Source: an uncultured Ruminiclostridium sp. (GTDB taxonomy: Bacteria; Bacillota; Clostridia; Oscillospirales; Ruminococcaceae). From it: DNA of 64,000 nucleotides. How positions within the stretch are numbered: the stretch's first letter is position 1; each line of letters opens with the position of its first letter. The DNA is taken from NCBI GenBank assembly GCA_910588335.1, contig CAJUQV010000018.1:161-64160 (forward strand), in the 5' to 3' direction. This document shows, one piece after another, positions 38,319 through 46,744 of the stretch. Made by a program: the position numbers and the translations under genes. The notes beneath the pieces are model-generated. The model was not told the DNA's origin, ran no database searches, and saw nothing but the letters and a program-made list of their open reading frames with translations.

Positions 38319-39374
38319 CTATACTCCGTAATAAAAATCATCTCTGGGCTCCGCGCCTCCCACCGACTGCGGATTTTGATCGTACAGCACCTTAAGATAG
38401 CCCGCCAGCGCGTTTTGCATTTCATCGGAGGTTACGCATACTATATTACATTCCGGAATAGCTTTTTCTGCCACAGAAGCCTTTATTATACCGTATTTTT
38501 CAACAAGAGCGGCTGCTTCGGAAACATTTGAATTAACATATTCCACGGAAGCGGCATAACGGGTCAGAAATTCGTTTACCACATCGGGATTTTTTTCTGA
38601 AAATTCTTTTCTGACCGCTACGACTCCGGTTATCATGGAGCTGCCGTCATCAAGCTTATCCCACTCATCCGTAAGGTCAAGTACTACGTTTATACCCTCA
38701 TTTTGAATCGTGGCACTGGTAACAAATGGCTGCGGCAGCATCGCAACACCGTTTTCATCAGCCAGCAGCGCCGCGAGACATTCCGCGTGTTCGCTTTTCC
38801 ATTCTATATTAAGGTCTTTTTCGGGATCAATATCGTTTTGGGTTAATATATAATTCAGCGCATACTCAGGGGTAGCGCCTTTACCGCTTGCATATATGGT
38901 TTTACCTTTTAAATCGGAAATTTCCTTTACAGAGTCACCGTTTTCGCAAATGTAAATTACCCCAAGTGTATTCACAGCCAATACCTGTACTTCCCCTTCG
39001 GTCTTATTGTATAATACCGAAGCGAGATTGGCGGGTACACAAAAAATATCGGTATTTCCCTTTATCACCATAGGAGAAACTTCATCAACGGCAGATACTA
39101 TGTTAAATTCATATCCGTAGCTGCCGCTTTCATTGTCCGACATAAGCTTTGTCATTCCCATTGCGGTAGGGCCGCTTAAGGCGGTAATTCTTACTTTATC
39201 ACTGTCCGTGATGTTTTCAGCGGAATTCTGTTGGGTATTTTCGGTAGAGGTATCCTCAGACTGACCGCTTGTAACGGTGTCCGAGACATTATCGGAGGTG
39301 CCGGTGCATCCGGCAAAAATTCCCGTACATAAAAGTATAGCCGTAAACTTTTTTATGGAATTTATTATTTTCAT
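38319..39374 (-). CDS. ABC substrate-binding lipoprotein (NMT1/THI5-like)
   Basis: Signal peptide with lipobox IFAGC, a Ser/Thr-rich linker, then a periplasmic-binding fold. Confidence 0.75.
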   Translation of the reverse strand: MKIINSIKKFTAILLCTGIFAGCTGTSDNVSDTVTSGQSEDTSTENTQQNSAENITDSDKVRITALSGPTAMGMTKLMSDNESGSYGYEFNIVSAVDEVSPMVIKGNTDIFCVPANLASVLYNKTEGEVQVLAVNTLGVIYICENGDSVKEISDLKGKTIYASGKGATPEYALNYILTQNDIDPEKDLNIEWKSEHAECLAALLADENGVAMLPQPFVTSATIQNEGINVVLDLTDEWDKLDDGSSMITGVVAVRKEFSEKNPDVVNEFLTRYAASVEYVNSNVSEAAALVEKYGIIKASVAEKAIPECNIVCVTSDEMQNALAGYLKVLYDQNPQSVGGAEPRDDFYYGV

Positions 39375-39415
39375 TTTGTTAGCCCTTCCTTATTTTTTGA
39401 TGTTTTCAAATTTTT

Positions 39416-40339
39416 TTAGTGTGTTAATTTTGTCTTTTTTATCTTTACGCTGAAAGCGATTCTACCATAAGGTGTATTCCAAAGCATACTAATATCCGGA
39501 TGACTGGTTTTAAAATCAGTTTCAAATCTGCTTTTATCTACCGCACCATCACCGATAATCTTTACATTTCCTTTAACATATTCCTTTATAAAATTTTCCG
39601 AAAAACTTTTGGTCAGCTCACTTGTAATAGACAAAGCTATCTCGTCAAGTGTCCTGACTTCCTTTCCCATCAGTTTTCCGATAGTATGACACAAAAGATC
39701 CCGACTTATAACAGTAGCCGTACGATAAACCTTATTTTCTTCACCTTTGAAAATAGTATAGTAATAAAACGCCTGCCCTATATCGTACCCATCATAATTA
39801 AGATTTTCCGCTTCTATTTCCATCTGAAAAATTTTGTTCATAAACTCTTCCGCCTTAGCTTGCAGCAAAGCTATGGCGTTGGTATCCAGCTCTGCCGACC
39901 ACTGACTTTTAACCTTGCCAACCATAGCCTGATCCTCAAGCATTACATGAGCCGTAAGCCAGCCGGCGCAAGCACCTGCGAAATGTTCTACAGATTCCTC
40001 GGAATAATCCGTTGCTTCCATTTGCTTTTCAAGAGAAGGAATGGTTATTTCCCTCATATTATCGTGAATACGTTTATGGTTGGAATATCCGCCGTATCCG
40101 ATCTTAAGCTGAAAAGCCTCTTCCTGAGCAAAATGCTCAATAGTATACTGCTTCAGATACTTTACCACCTCTATACAGGTTCTTTTGTTCTTTTCGTAAT
40201 CGTTCAAAAAAAGATTTTTAAGTAGTCTGCGCACAATGGTAAACAAACGGATATGAGCGGAATCAATCTCTTCCACACCCACGCAGTATTGATCCTTCCA
40301 AGCGAAAATTTCATCTACATTTTCCATTTTCTTATTCAT
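39416..40339 (-). CDS. bacteriohemerythrin domain fused to a CheX/CheC-like C-terminal domain (tentative)
   Basis: N-terminal FAWKDQYCVGVEEIDSAH, HFAQEE, HKRIHD, HVMLED form a hemerythrin His/Glu/Asp ligand set. The C-terminal 170 aa loosely resembles CheX-type domains (ISRDLLCHTIGKLMGKE..LDEIALSITSELTKSF). Confidence 0.7.
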   Translation of the reverse strand: MNKKMENVDEIFAWKDQYCVGVEEIDSAHIRLFTIVRRLLKNLFLNDYEKNKRTCIEVVKYLKQYTIEHFAQEEAFQLKIGYGGYSNHKRIHDNMREITIPSLEKQMEATDYSEESVEHFAGACAGWLTAHVMLEDQAMVGKVKSQWSAELDTNAIALLQAKAEEFMNKIFQMEIEAENLNYDGYDIGQAFYYYTIFKGEENKVYRTATVISRDLLCHTIGKLMGKEVRTLDEIALSITSELTKSFSENFIKEYVKGNVKIIGDGAVDKSRFETDFKTSHPDISMLWNTPYGRIAFSVKIKKTKLTH

Positions 40340-40462
40340 ATACGTTACCCCTTATCCTATATTTTTGAGACAAAACAGTATTGCTGTCTTTACAATTATA
40401 TCACATTCCAACACAATAGTCAAATTTTTCCATGCAATTTTCACCAAATAACTCGGAAAAAT

Positions 40463-40497
40463 TACGGACTGCAACGCGTTTTTCGCTACAGTCCGCA
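40463..40497 (-). terminator. terminator after the M23 peptidase gene
   Basis: Minus strand GCGGACTG-N17-CAGTCCGT followed by AATTTTT. Confidence 0.45.
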
Positions 40498-40505
40498 ATA
40501 TATAT

Positions 40506-42314
40506 TTATGCTAAATTTACAGGGGTACCGGGAGGGATATCCAGATAATCCTTTGGATTAACATATTTACCGTTTACCTCAATCGTAAAATGCACATGAG
40601 TGCCTGTTGATTTTCCCGTAGAACCCGCTCCGGCTATACATTCTCCCTGTGCAACCCTTTGACCCGCTGAAACATACAGGGCAGAATTATGTGCATATGT
40701 GCTTGTAACTCCCAACTCCTCGTGATAAATCTCGACATAGTAACCAAGTCCCTGTGAATAACCCGCATAAGTCACAACTCCTGCCGCTCCCACGTATACC
40801 GGCTGTCCGTAATAAAGACCCGCAATGTCTATGCCGTTGTGTCCGCTGTATCCTCCGTCCCATTTTGACCATTGGCTTATATAACCGCCGTCTACCGGCC
40901 AAAGAAACTTGCCTTTTGCCGCCGTTCCGGATTTGAACGAGCCTTCCGGAGTCGGTTTTGAACCTATTGCTATTATCTCGGTTACCGGAGCTACAAGCTG
41001 ATTTATATTGGTTATGGTTCTGTGTATTTCAACTCCGTTAACATAGGAAATATCTGCGGTTATCTCATTTACTCCGTATTGGCCGTCCTGAATCCTTCTT
41101 GAGGAACCCTCGAAAATATCGCTGTCCTGATAAGTATCGGTCATATAAGGAACGTTATCGACCACATAAACCTCTGTTCTTGTAACGCTTACGGGTAAAA
41201 ACGGAACCTCGTTGCCAATCTTTATAATATCTCCGCCGTACAAATCGGTTTCACCGAAGCCGGGATTCAAATATTCCAGTTGGGAGGAAGTAAGATTCAC
41301 CTTATCGGCGATAAGCGAATGGTTGTCACCATCCTCTACCGTATAATAAGAAGCTTCTGTCTGAGTGCTTGTAAGCAGATCAATGAGCTGTTCCTCATCA
41401 ATAATACTGTCCGAAAGATACAAGCCCGCCTCGTCATATCTTATATTATCCACAAAATCCACCAAATCCGTGGAATATTCTTTACGGTAATCGGAGAGCA
41501 GTTTATCGAGAGTGTTCTTAACATTTGAAAAATCCATTAAAGCTCCGTAAAATACGTCGTTTATAAAAAATCCGTAACCGTATTCAAGACTTACACCGGA
41601 ATTCTGAAGCACCAGATCGGCTATCTGATATTTTGTAAGAGTCTCCGTATAACCTATTTGCTCCACCGAATAGGAAGGCAAAGCTTCAATTTCAAGATCG
41701 CTGCCCAAATAATTTACTCTGTCCTGAAGCACCTCTTTGGCATCAAGAAAAATTTGTTCGCTTTCTATATATCCCAGAAATTTTCCGTTCACATTCAGCT
41801 TTACGGCATAATTCAAGGAACTGGCGTATGTAATTACACTAAACAGAAAAAATACGCTGACCACAGGTATCGCAAAGTTAAAAAGCATTACGGCAAGACC
41901 GCTTTTACCGAACAAAAGTCTGCCCGCGAATGAAAAAAAGCCCTTTGCTCCCAGTTTTCCGTCATTTTTTTCCTTTTCCTTCCGCAGCGCCTTTTTATTT
42001 CCTTCATAATACCTTATAAACGTATTGAGTGGGCGCAACAGAAACAGTCCGAGTTTTTTCAACATTAAAAGCAAATAACGTCTGAATCTTCCCGTAGTGC
42101 GCCAGAGTAGTTTTGATATGCCTACCGATCCTTTTCCTATGTAAATAAAAAAACTGCAGAAAATATTGAATATATACCAGCCGAAATAAGAAGTTATCGT
42201 ATACAGCCAATTAAAAAGTCTTTTTAATTGTGCATTTTCGGCTTCTTCCTTTGTCTGAGTCATATTATCAATGACAGAGCCGCCCGTATTTTCTTCTTTT
42301 TTCATTTTCATCAT
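40506..42314 (-). CDS. membrane-anchored M23 peptidase with LysM and G5 domains
   Basis: LysM (YYTVEDGDNHSLIADKVNL), a G5-like segment, and the C-terminal M23 motifs HNGIDIAG and GTHVHFTIE. The start is ambiguous, with ATGs at 42314/42311 and the ORF track giving 42392. Confidence 0.8.
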   Translation of the reverse strand: MMKMKKEENTGGSVIDNMTQTKEEAENAQLKRLFNWLYTITSYFGWYIFNIFCSFFIYIGKGSVGISKLLWRTTGRFRRYLLLMLKKLGLFLLRPLNTFIRYYEGNKKALRKEKEKNDGKLGAKGFFSFAGRLLFGKSGLAVMLFNFAIPVVSVFFLFSVITYASSLNYAVKLNVNGKFLGYIESEQIFLDAKEVLQDRVNYLGSDLEIEALPSYSVEQIGYTETLTKYQIADLVLQNSGVSLEYGYGFFINDVFYGALMDFSNVKNTLDKLLSDYRKEYSTDLVDFVDNIRYDEAGLYLSDSIIDEEQLIDLLTSTQTEASYYTVEDGDNHSLIADKVNLTSSQLEYLNPGFGETDLYGGDIIKIGNEVPFLPVSVTRTEVYVVDNVPYMTDTYQDSDIFEGSSRRIQDGQYGVNEITADISYVNGVEIHRTITNINQLVAPVTEIIAIGSKPTPEGSFKSGTAAKGKFLWPVDGGYISQWSKWDGGYSGHNGIDIAGLYYGQPVYVGAAGVVTYAGYSQGLGYYVEIYHEELGVTSTYAHNSALYVSAGQRVAQGECIAGAGSTGKSTGTHVHFTIEVNGKYVNPKDYLDIPPGTPVNLA

Positions 42315-42465
42315 CGCTTTAAATCCTTGATAAATATTACAAATTGGTAACAAAACCATACATATATTAACATATTTCTCTTTTTTTTTCAAGTGTTTGG
42401 ATAAAATTAACAGAAAAAAATTTGCAAAACGTTAAAAAAATTACCCTTCTATCATTTACATAAAC

Positions 42466-42495
42466 TAAAAAAGTCCGGCGTAACCGGACTTTTTG
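42466..42495 (-). terminator. terminator after the ABC-F gene (bidirectional shape)
   Basis: AAAAAAGTCCGG-CGTAA-CCGGACTTTTT. Confidence 0.6.
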
Positions 42496-42533
42496 TCATT
42501 TAGTGATTGTCTTTAAACAGTCATTTAAAAATT

Positions 42534-44147
42534 TTACAGCACAATTTTCCCCAGATTTTGATCCTTTCGCCACTGAATAAATTCCTCATAGGTTCCCATA
42601 CGGTCATAACAACCGCTGCCTGTAAGCTCAATTATCCTGTTGGCTACCGTCTGTACTATTTCATGGTCGTGAGAGCAGAAAAGAACGTTGCCTTTAAATT
42701 CCGACAGACCGTTGTTGACAGCGGTAATGCTTTCAAGATCAAGATGGTTGGTAGGCTGATCCAACATAAGCACATTGGATTTAAACAGCATCATACGGCT
42801 AAACATACATCTCACCTTTTCGCCGCCGGAAAGAACGTTTACGGGCTTGAACACATCGTCGCCGCTGAACAGCATTCTGCCCAAAAAGCCACGCAAGTAT
42901 GTCTCGGTGGTATCTTCGCTGTACTGCCTTATCCAATCCAAAATAGTTAGATCGCAGCCGCTGAAGAAATGATCAGAATCTACGGGAAAATAACTGAGCG
43001 AGGTAGTACTTCCCCATTTAAAAGATCCCTCGTCGGGTTCAAGCTCTCCGGCTAATATTTTAAACAAAACGGTAACGGACATTTCACTTTCGGCCAAAAA
43101 AGCCACCTTATCCGTTCTTCCCAAGGTAAAAGAAACATTGTCCAGCACCTTCACCCCGTCGATAGTCTTTGAAATACCGTCGACCTGCAATACATCCTTA
43201 CCTACCTCCCTATCTGGTTCAAAGCTTATAAAGGGATAACGGCGGCTGGAAGCGGGCATTTCTTCAACTGTCAGTTTATCTAGAAGCTTTCTTCTCGATG
43301 TAGCCTGCCTCGATTTTGATTTATTGGCGGAAAAGCGCTGAATAAAGCTTTGAAGTTCCTTTATCTTCTCCTCTGTTTTCTTATTCTGCTGCTTTATCAT
43401 CCTTTGTATTAGCTGACTCGACTCATACCAGAATTCGTAGTTGCCGACATACATTTTTATTTTGTTATAGTCTATGTCCACAATATGAGTACATACGTTA
43501 TTCAAAAAATGGCGGTCATGTGATACGACTATAACCGTACCGAAATATTCCGCCAGAAAATCCTCAAGCCACGCGATAGCATCAATATCCAGATGGTTGG
43601 TAGGCTCGTCCATAAGAATTATATCGGGATTTCCGAAAAGACACTGAGCCAAAAGCACCTTTACCTTGTCATTACCCGAAAGTCTGCTCATCTGTGAAAA
43701 CAAAATGTCCTCGGAAAGCCCCAAGCCCTGAATAAGCTTTGAAGCGTCACTTTCCGCCTCCCAACCGTTAAGCTCGGCAAATTCACCCTCCAATAACGAA
43801 GCCCTCTCACCGTCCTCATCGGTAAAGTTATCCTTGGCATATAACGCGTCCTTTTCCTTCATAATATCATAAAGCCGCTTATTACCCATAATAACGGTAT
43901 CCTGGACGGTATATTCGTCAAAAGCGAAATGATCCTGCCGCAGTACCGACATACGCAGTTTTTTCGGAATGGCAACCTCGCCGGACGTAGGTTCAAGCTC
44001 TCCGTTAAGGATTTTTAAAAAAGTGGATTTACCCGCCCCGTTGGCGCCTATTACGCCATAACAATTACCGGCGGTAAAAAGCAGATCAACATCTTTGAAA
44101 AGAGTGGCGCCGCCGAATTGCAGGCTTACATTGGAAACAGTTATCAT
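42534..44147 (-). CDS. ABC-F family translation-associated ATPase, YbiT subfamily
   Basis: 537 aa with two ABC cassettes and a Lys/Arg-rich linker. N-terminal similarity to E. coli YbiT is obvious (GANGAGKSTFLKIL.., LRQDHFAFDEYTV.DTVIMG). Confidence 0.9.
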   Translation of the reverse strand: MITVSNVSLQFGGATLFKDVDLLFTAGNCYGVIGANGAGKSTFLKILNGELEPTSGEVAIPKKLRMSVLRQDHFAFDEYTVQDTVIMGNKRLYDIMKEKDALYAKDNFTDEDGERASLLEGEFAELNGWEAESDASKLIQGLGLSEDILFSQMSRLSGNDKVKVLLAQCLFGNPDIILMDEPTNHLDIDAIAWLEDFLAEYFGTVIVVSHDRHFLNNVCTHIVDIDYNKIKMYVGNYEFWYESSQLIQRMIKQQNKKTEEKIKELQSFIQRFSANKSKSRQATSRRKLLDKLTVEEMPASSRRYPFISFEPDREVGKDVLQVDGISKTIDGVKVLDNVSFTLGRTDKVAFLAESEMSVTVLFKILAGELEPDEGSFKWGSTTSLSYFPVDSDHFFSGCDLTILDWIRQYSEDTTETYLRGFLGRMLFSGDDVFKPVNVLSGGEKVRCMFSRMMLFKSNVLMLDQPTNHLDLESITAVNNGLSEFKGNVLFCSHDHEIVQTVANRIIELTGSGCYDRMGTYEEFIQWRKDQNLGKIVL

Positions 44148-44328
44148 TTTTTGTCCTTTCTTTTGTTTTTATTGCTTCGCCAACAAATCCCTGCCGCATA
44201 ATGCGTAAACACTCATTTGCCGCAAGCATTATTGGCAAAGTTTTATTGGGAGAACAATATATCTGTATTATGTTTTTTTCACCTATTTTTTTATATTCCG
44301 TAAAAAGGCATAAATTCTCATAATAGCA

Positions 44329-44357
44329 ATTATACAGTGTTGTTTCTTAAATGTCAA
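44329..44357 (-). promoter_or_regulatory. consensus promoter of the ABC-F gene
   Basis: Minus strand TTGACA-17 nt-TATAAT, followed by a leader of about 175 nt. Confidence 0.55.
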
Positions 44358-44410
44358 CCGTTTTTAAATATTTTTTTCTCTCGGTTCATTTGGGGCGCAA
44401 TAACGGAATA

Positions 44411-45616
44411 TTATTCTCCGCTTGCTTTAAAATTGTATATGGGCTTTATAATTTTTTCAATATCCGCCGTGTCTGCAATATTATCAACGATATCGTCAAT
44501 TTTCTTGTAAGCCATGGGACATTCGTCCAATGTACCCCTATTTACCGAAGAAGTGTATATACCGCTCATCTGGTTTTTAAATTCGGAGACGGTAAAAGCT
44601 TCTTTAGCAGCTGATCTGCTCATAAGCCTTCCCGCGCCGTGAGGTGCCGAACGGTTCCAATCATCGTTGCCTTTTCCGATACAAATCAAAGAGCCGTCTC
44701 TCATATTTATCGGAATAAGAAGCCTTTCACCTTTTTGAGCGGAAACGGCGCCTTTTCTCAAAATCATTGAATCGGTGTCAATGTAGTTGTGTACGGTGGT
44801 AAAGCTTTCTTCCTCATGGAGCTTCATTCCTTTAAGGATTTCGTCCGTCATAGCTTGTCTGTTCAGTTCCGCATATTTTTGTACAATCTTCATATCGTGA
44901 ATATAACAGTCAAATAAATTACCTGACACATAAGCCAGAGATTTTGGTATATTTGTTCTTTGTATGTTATTTAACTTTTTCAGTCTTTTTTGTATCTCTT
45001 TTTCCTTGCCTTGCGCTTTCAGATCGGATATCAGAGATTCAATCTCGCTTTTTGAAGCGCTGTTCAGCTCTTTGTACCCTTCCTCCTGATAAAAAGAGGC
45101 CACTTCAAGCCCCAAGTGGCGGCTTCCCGAATGTATCACCAGATAGATATTACCTTCATCGTCCCTATCCGCCTCTATAAAATGATTTCCTCCGCCCAGA
45201 GTTCCAAGGCTTTTTTCCGCTCTTAAAGGATTTATCCGCTTATAACAGCATAATTCCTTAAGATCAATTTCACCGAAGTATCTATGAGTTTTTTCTCTAA
45301 CGTCAAAACCGGATGGGATTTTTTCATAAATCAACTTATCCAATTTTTGCGGCTCAATATGCTCCTCTTTTACTTTAACCGTTTCCATTCCGCAGCCTAT
45401 GTCTACGCCCACAAGATTTGGTACAATCTTATCGGATATGGTCATCGTTGTTCCTATTGTGCAGCCCGCTCCTGCGTGTATATCAGGCATCAATCTTATC
45501 CTGCTGCCCGCCGTAAATTCCTGATCAAGCAAAAGAAGCACCTGTGAAACAGATGCCTCGTCAACAATATCGGTAAAAATCTTAGCTTCGTTATATTTAC
45601 CTTTAAGCTCTGTCAT
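44411..45616 (-). CDS. rtcB: RtcB-family RNA 3'-phosphate ligase
   Basis: Motifs DIHAGAG, GGGNHFIE, HSGSRHLG, APHGAGR. The start is the ATG at 45616, preceded by AGGAGG. Confidence 0.85.
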   Translation of the reverse strand: MTELKGKYNEAKIFTDIVDEASVSQVLLLLDQEFTAGSRIRLMPDIHAGAGCTIGTTMTISDKIVPNLVGVDIGCGMETVKVKEEHIEPQKLDKLIYEKIPSGFDVREKTHRYFGEIDLKELCCYKRINPLRAEKSLGTLGGGNHFIEADRDDEGNIYLVIHSGSRHLGLEVASFYQEEGYKELNSASKSEIESLISDLKAQGKEKEIQKRLKKLNNIQRTNIPKSLAYVSGNLFDCYIHDMKIVQKYAELNRQAMTDEILKGMKLHEEESFTTVHNYIDTDSMILRKGAVSAQKGERLLIPINMRDGSLICIGKGNDDWNRSAPHGAGRLMSRSAAKEAFTVSEFKNQMSGIYTSSVNRGTLDECPMAYKKIDDIVDNIADTADIEKIIKPIYNFKASGE

Positions 45617-45711
45617 AAAGCCTCCTGTTTTATTATTTAAAACAATTATAACATTTTGGGTTAAAAGTGTCAAGGTGTAGAAAAAAGCATTTCAATAGAA
45701 GACGCATAAAT

Positions 45712-45740
45712 TTGACAAAAAAACAAAAAAAGAGTATAAT
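45712..45740 (+). promoter_or_regulatory. consensus promoter of rlmA, abutting the family-2 palindrome
   Basis: TTGACA (45712-45717)-17 nt-TATAAT (45735-45740). The palindrome begins 2 nt after the -10 box. Confidence 0.55.
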
Positions 45741-45741
45741 T

Positions 45742-45797
45742 TTAAGGTAACACCGCACGCAAAGCCGTAAGGCGGTCATTGCGCGGTATTGCCTTAA
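45742..45797. repeat. repeat family 2, short copy (56-bp palindrome)
   Basis: TTAAGGTAACACCGCACGCAAAGCCGTAAGGCGGTCATTGCGCGGTATTGCCTTAA. The reverse complement of its right arm, TTAAGGCAATACCGC, is identical over 15 nt to the left arm of the 29953 copy. Confidence 0.65.
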
Positions 45798-45826
45798 TTA
45801 GCATTATTTTTATAAGGAACAGAATT

Positions 45827-46642
45827 ATGACTGATAAATTCATTTGTCCGGTTTGCGGATATACTTTACTTAGAGAAAACAATTCTCTGAAATGCGGAAA
45901 AGGACACTGTTTTGACATATCTTCAAGCGGCTATGTAAATCTTCTTACAAAAGGCGGTAAAAAAGGACACGGCGATGATAAAAAAATGGTAAAGGCAAGG
46001 CGCGATTTTTTATCCAAAGGATATTACTGTCATTTAAAAGAAGCGCTTAAGAACACGGTTAAAGATACAATAAGCAAAAACTGTATCATATTGGATTCGG
46101 GCTGCGGCGAAGGGTATTATACAAGCGGATTTGAAACCGCGCTAAGAGAAACTCAGGATGGGGAAATCTGCGGAATAGATGTTTCCAAAGAAGCGCTGAA
46201 ATTAGCAGCAAAACTTTGTCACAGCGTAAGCTTTGCTGTTGCCAGCGCATACTGCCTGCCGTTTGAAAATGAAAGCCTGGATATAATAATATCGGTTTTT
46301 GCACCAATGGCGATAACCGAATTTCATAGAACGCTTAAAACCGGCAGTTACTTTATTACCGCGATTCCGATGGAAAAACATCTTTTTGGCCTGAAAAAAG
46401 CTGTATATGAAAATCCTTACCTTAACAAAACGGAAAATACCGAGCTTAAAGGTTTTAAGCTTATAAACAGCAACGAGGTAAAAAAAGAATTGTTCATCCA
46501 AAACGCGGATGATATTAAAAACCTTTTTTTAATGACCCCCTACTACTATAAAACATCCGCCGAGGATCAGAAAAAGTTAGAAAATTTAAATGAGCTTATA
46601 ACCGAAACCGAATTTCTGATTTTGGTATATAAAAAAATATAA
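45827..46642 (+). CDS. rlmA: 23S rRNA (guanine-N1)-methyltransferase RlmA
   Basis: N-terminal Zn finger CPVCG..LKCGKGHCFDISSSGYVNLL, the SAM motif ILDSGCGEGYY and GIDVSKEALK, collinear with E. coli RlmA. The start is the ATG at 45827. Confidence 0.85.
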   Translation: MTDKFICPVCGYTLLRENNSLKCGKGHCFDISSSGYVNLLTKGGKKGHGDDKKMVKARRDFLSKGYYCHLKEALKNTVKDTISKNCIILDSGCGEGYYTSGFETALRETQDGEICGIDVSKEALKLAAKLCHSVSFAVASAYCLPFENESLDIIISVFAPMAITEFHRTLKTGSYFITAIPMEKHLFGLKKAVYENPYLNKTENTELKGFKLINSNEVKKELFIQNADDIKNLFLMTPYYYKTSAEDQKKLENLNELITETEFLILVYKKI

Positions 46643-46667
46643 AAAACTGTTCCTGCAAAAAGAAAAA

Positions 46668-46696
46668 CCCGCGTGAAGCCTTTTGGCCACACGCGG
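46668..46696 (-). terminator. terminator after the sugar-binding protein gene
   Basis: Minus strand CCGCGTG-N12-CACGCGGG followed by TTTTTCTTTTT. Confidence 0.5.
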
Positions 46697-46744
46697 AAAA
46701 TGAAATAAATAGATGAAGAAAAACAGTCATGTATATCGGTAAAA

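Noticed and set aside
40548-40563. AATCCTTTGGATT palindrome resembling the core of repeat family 1, inside the M23 peptidase coding region.
   Set aside because: It is short, lies within a conserved C-terminal coding segment, and lacks the family termini and loop. It is most likely coincidental.
44283-44321. 12-codon uORF (MRIYAFLRNIKK*) at the very 5' end of the ABC-F leader, plus downstream alternative pairings (ATAATGC/GCATTAT, GCCAA/TTGGC). This could mimic the leader-peptide attenuators of antibiotic-resistance ABC-F genes.
   Set aside because: The ABC-F is a YbiT-type housekeeping paralog rather than an ARE type. The uORF has no RBS and would have to be leaderless, and no hairpin-plus-U-tract attenuator is visible.
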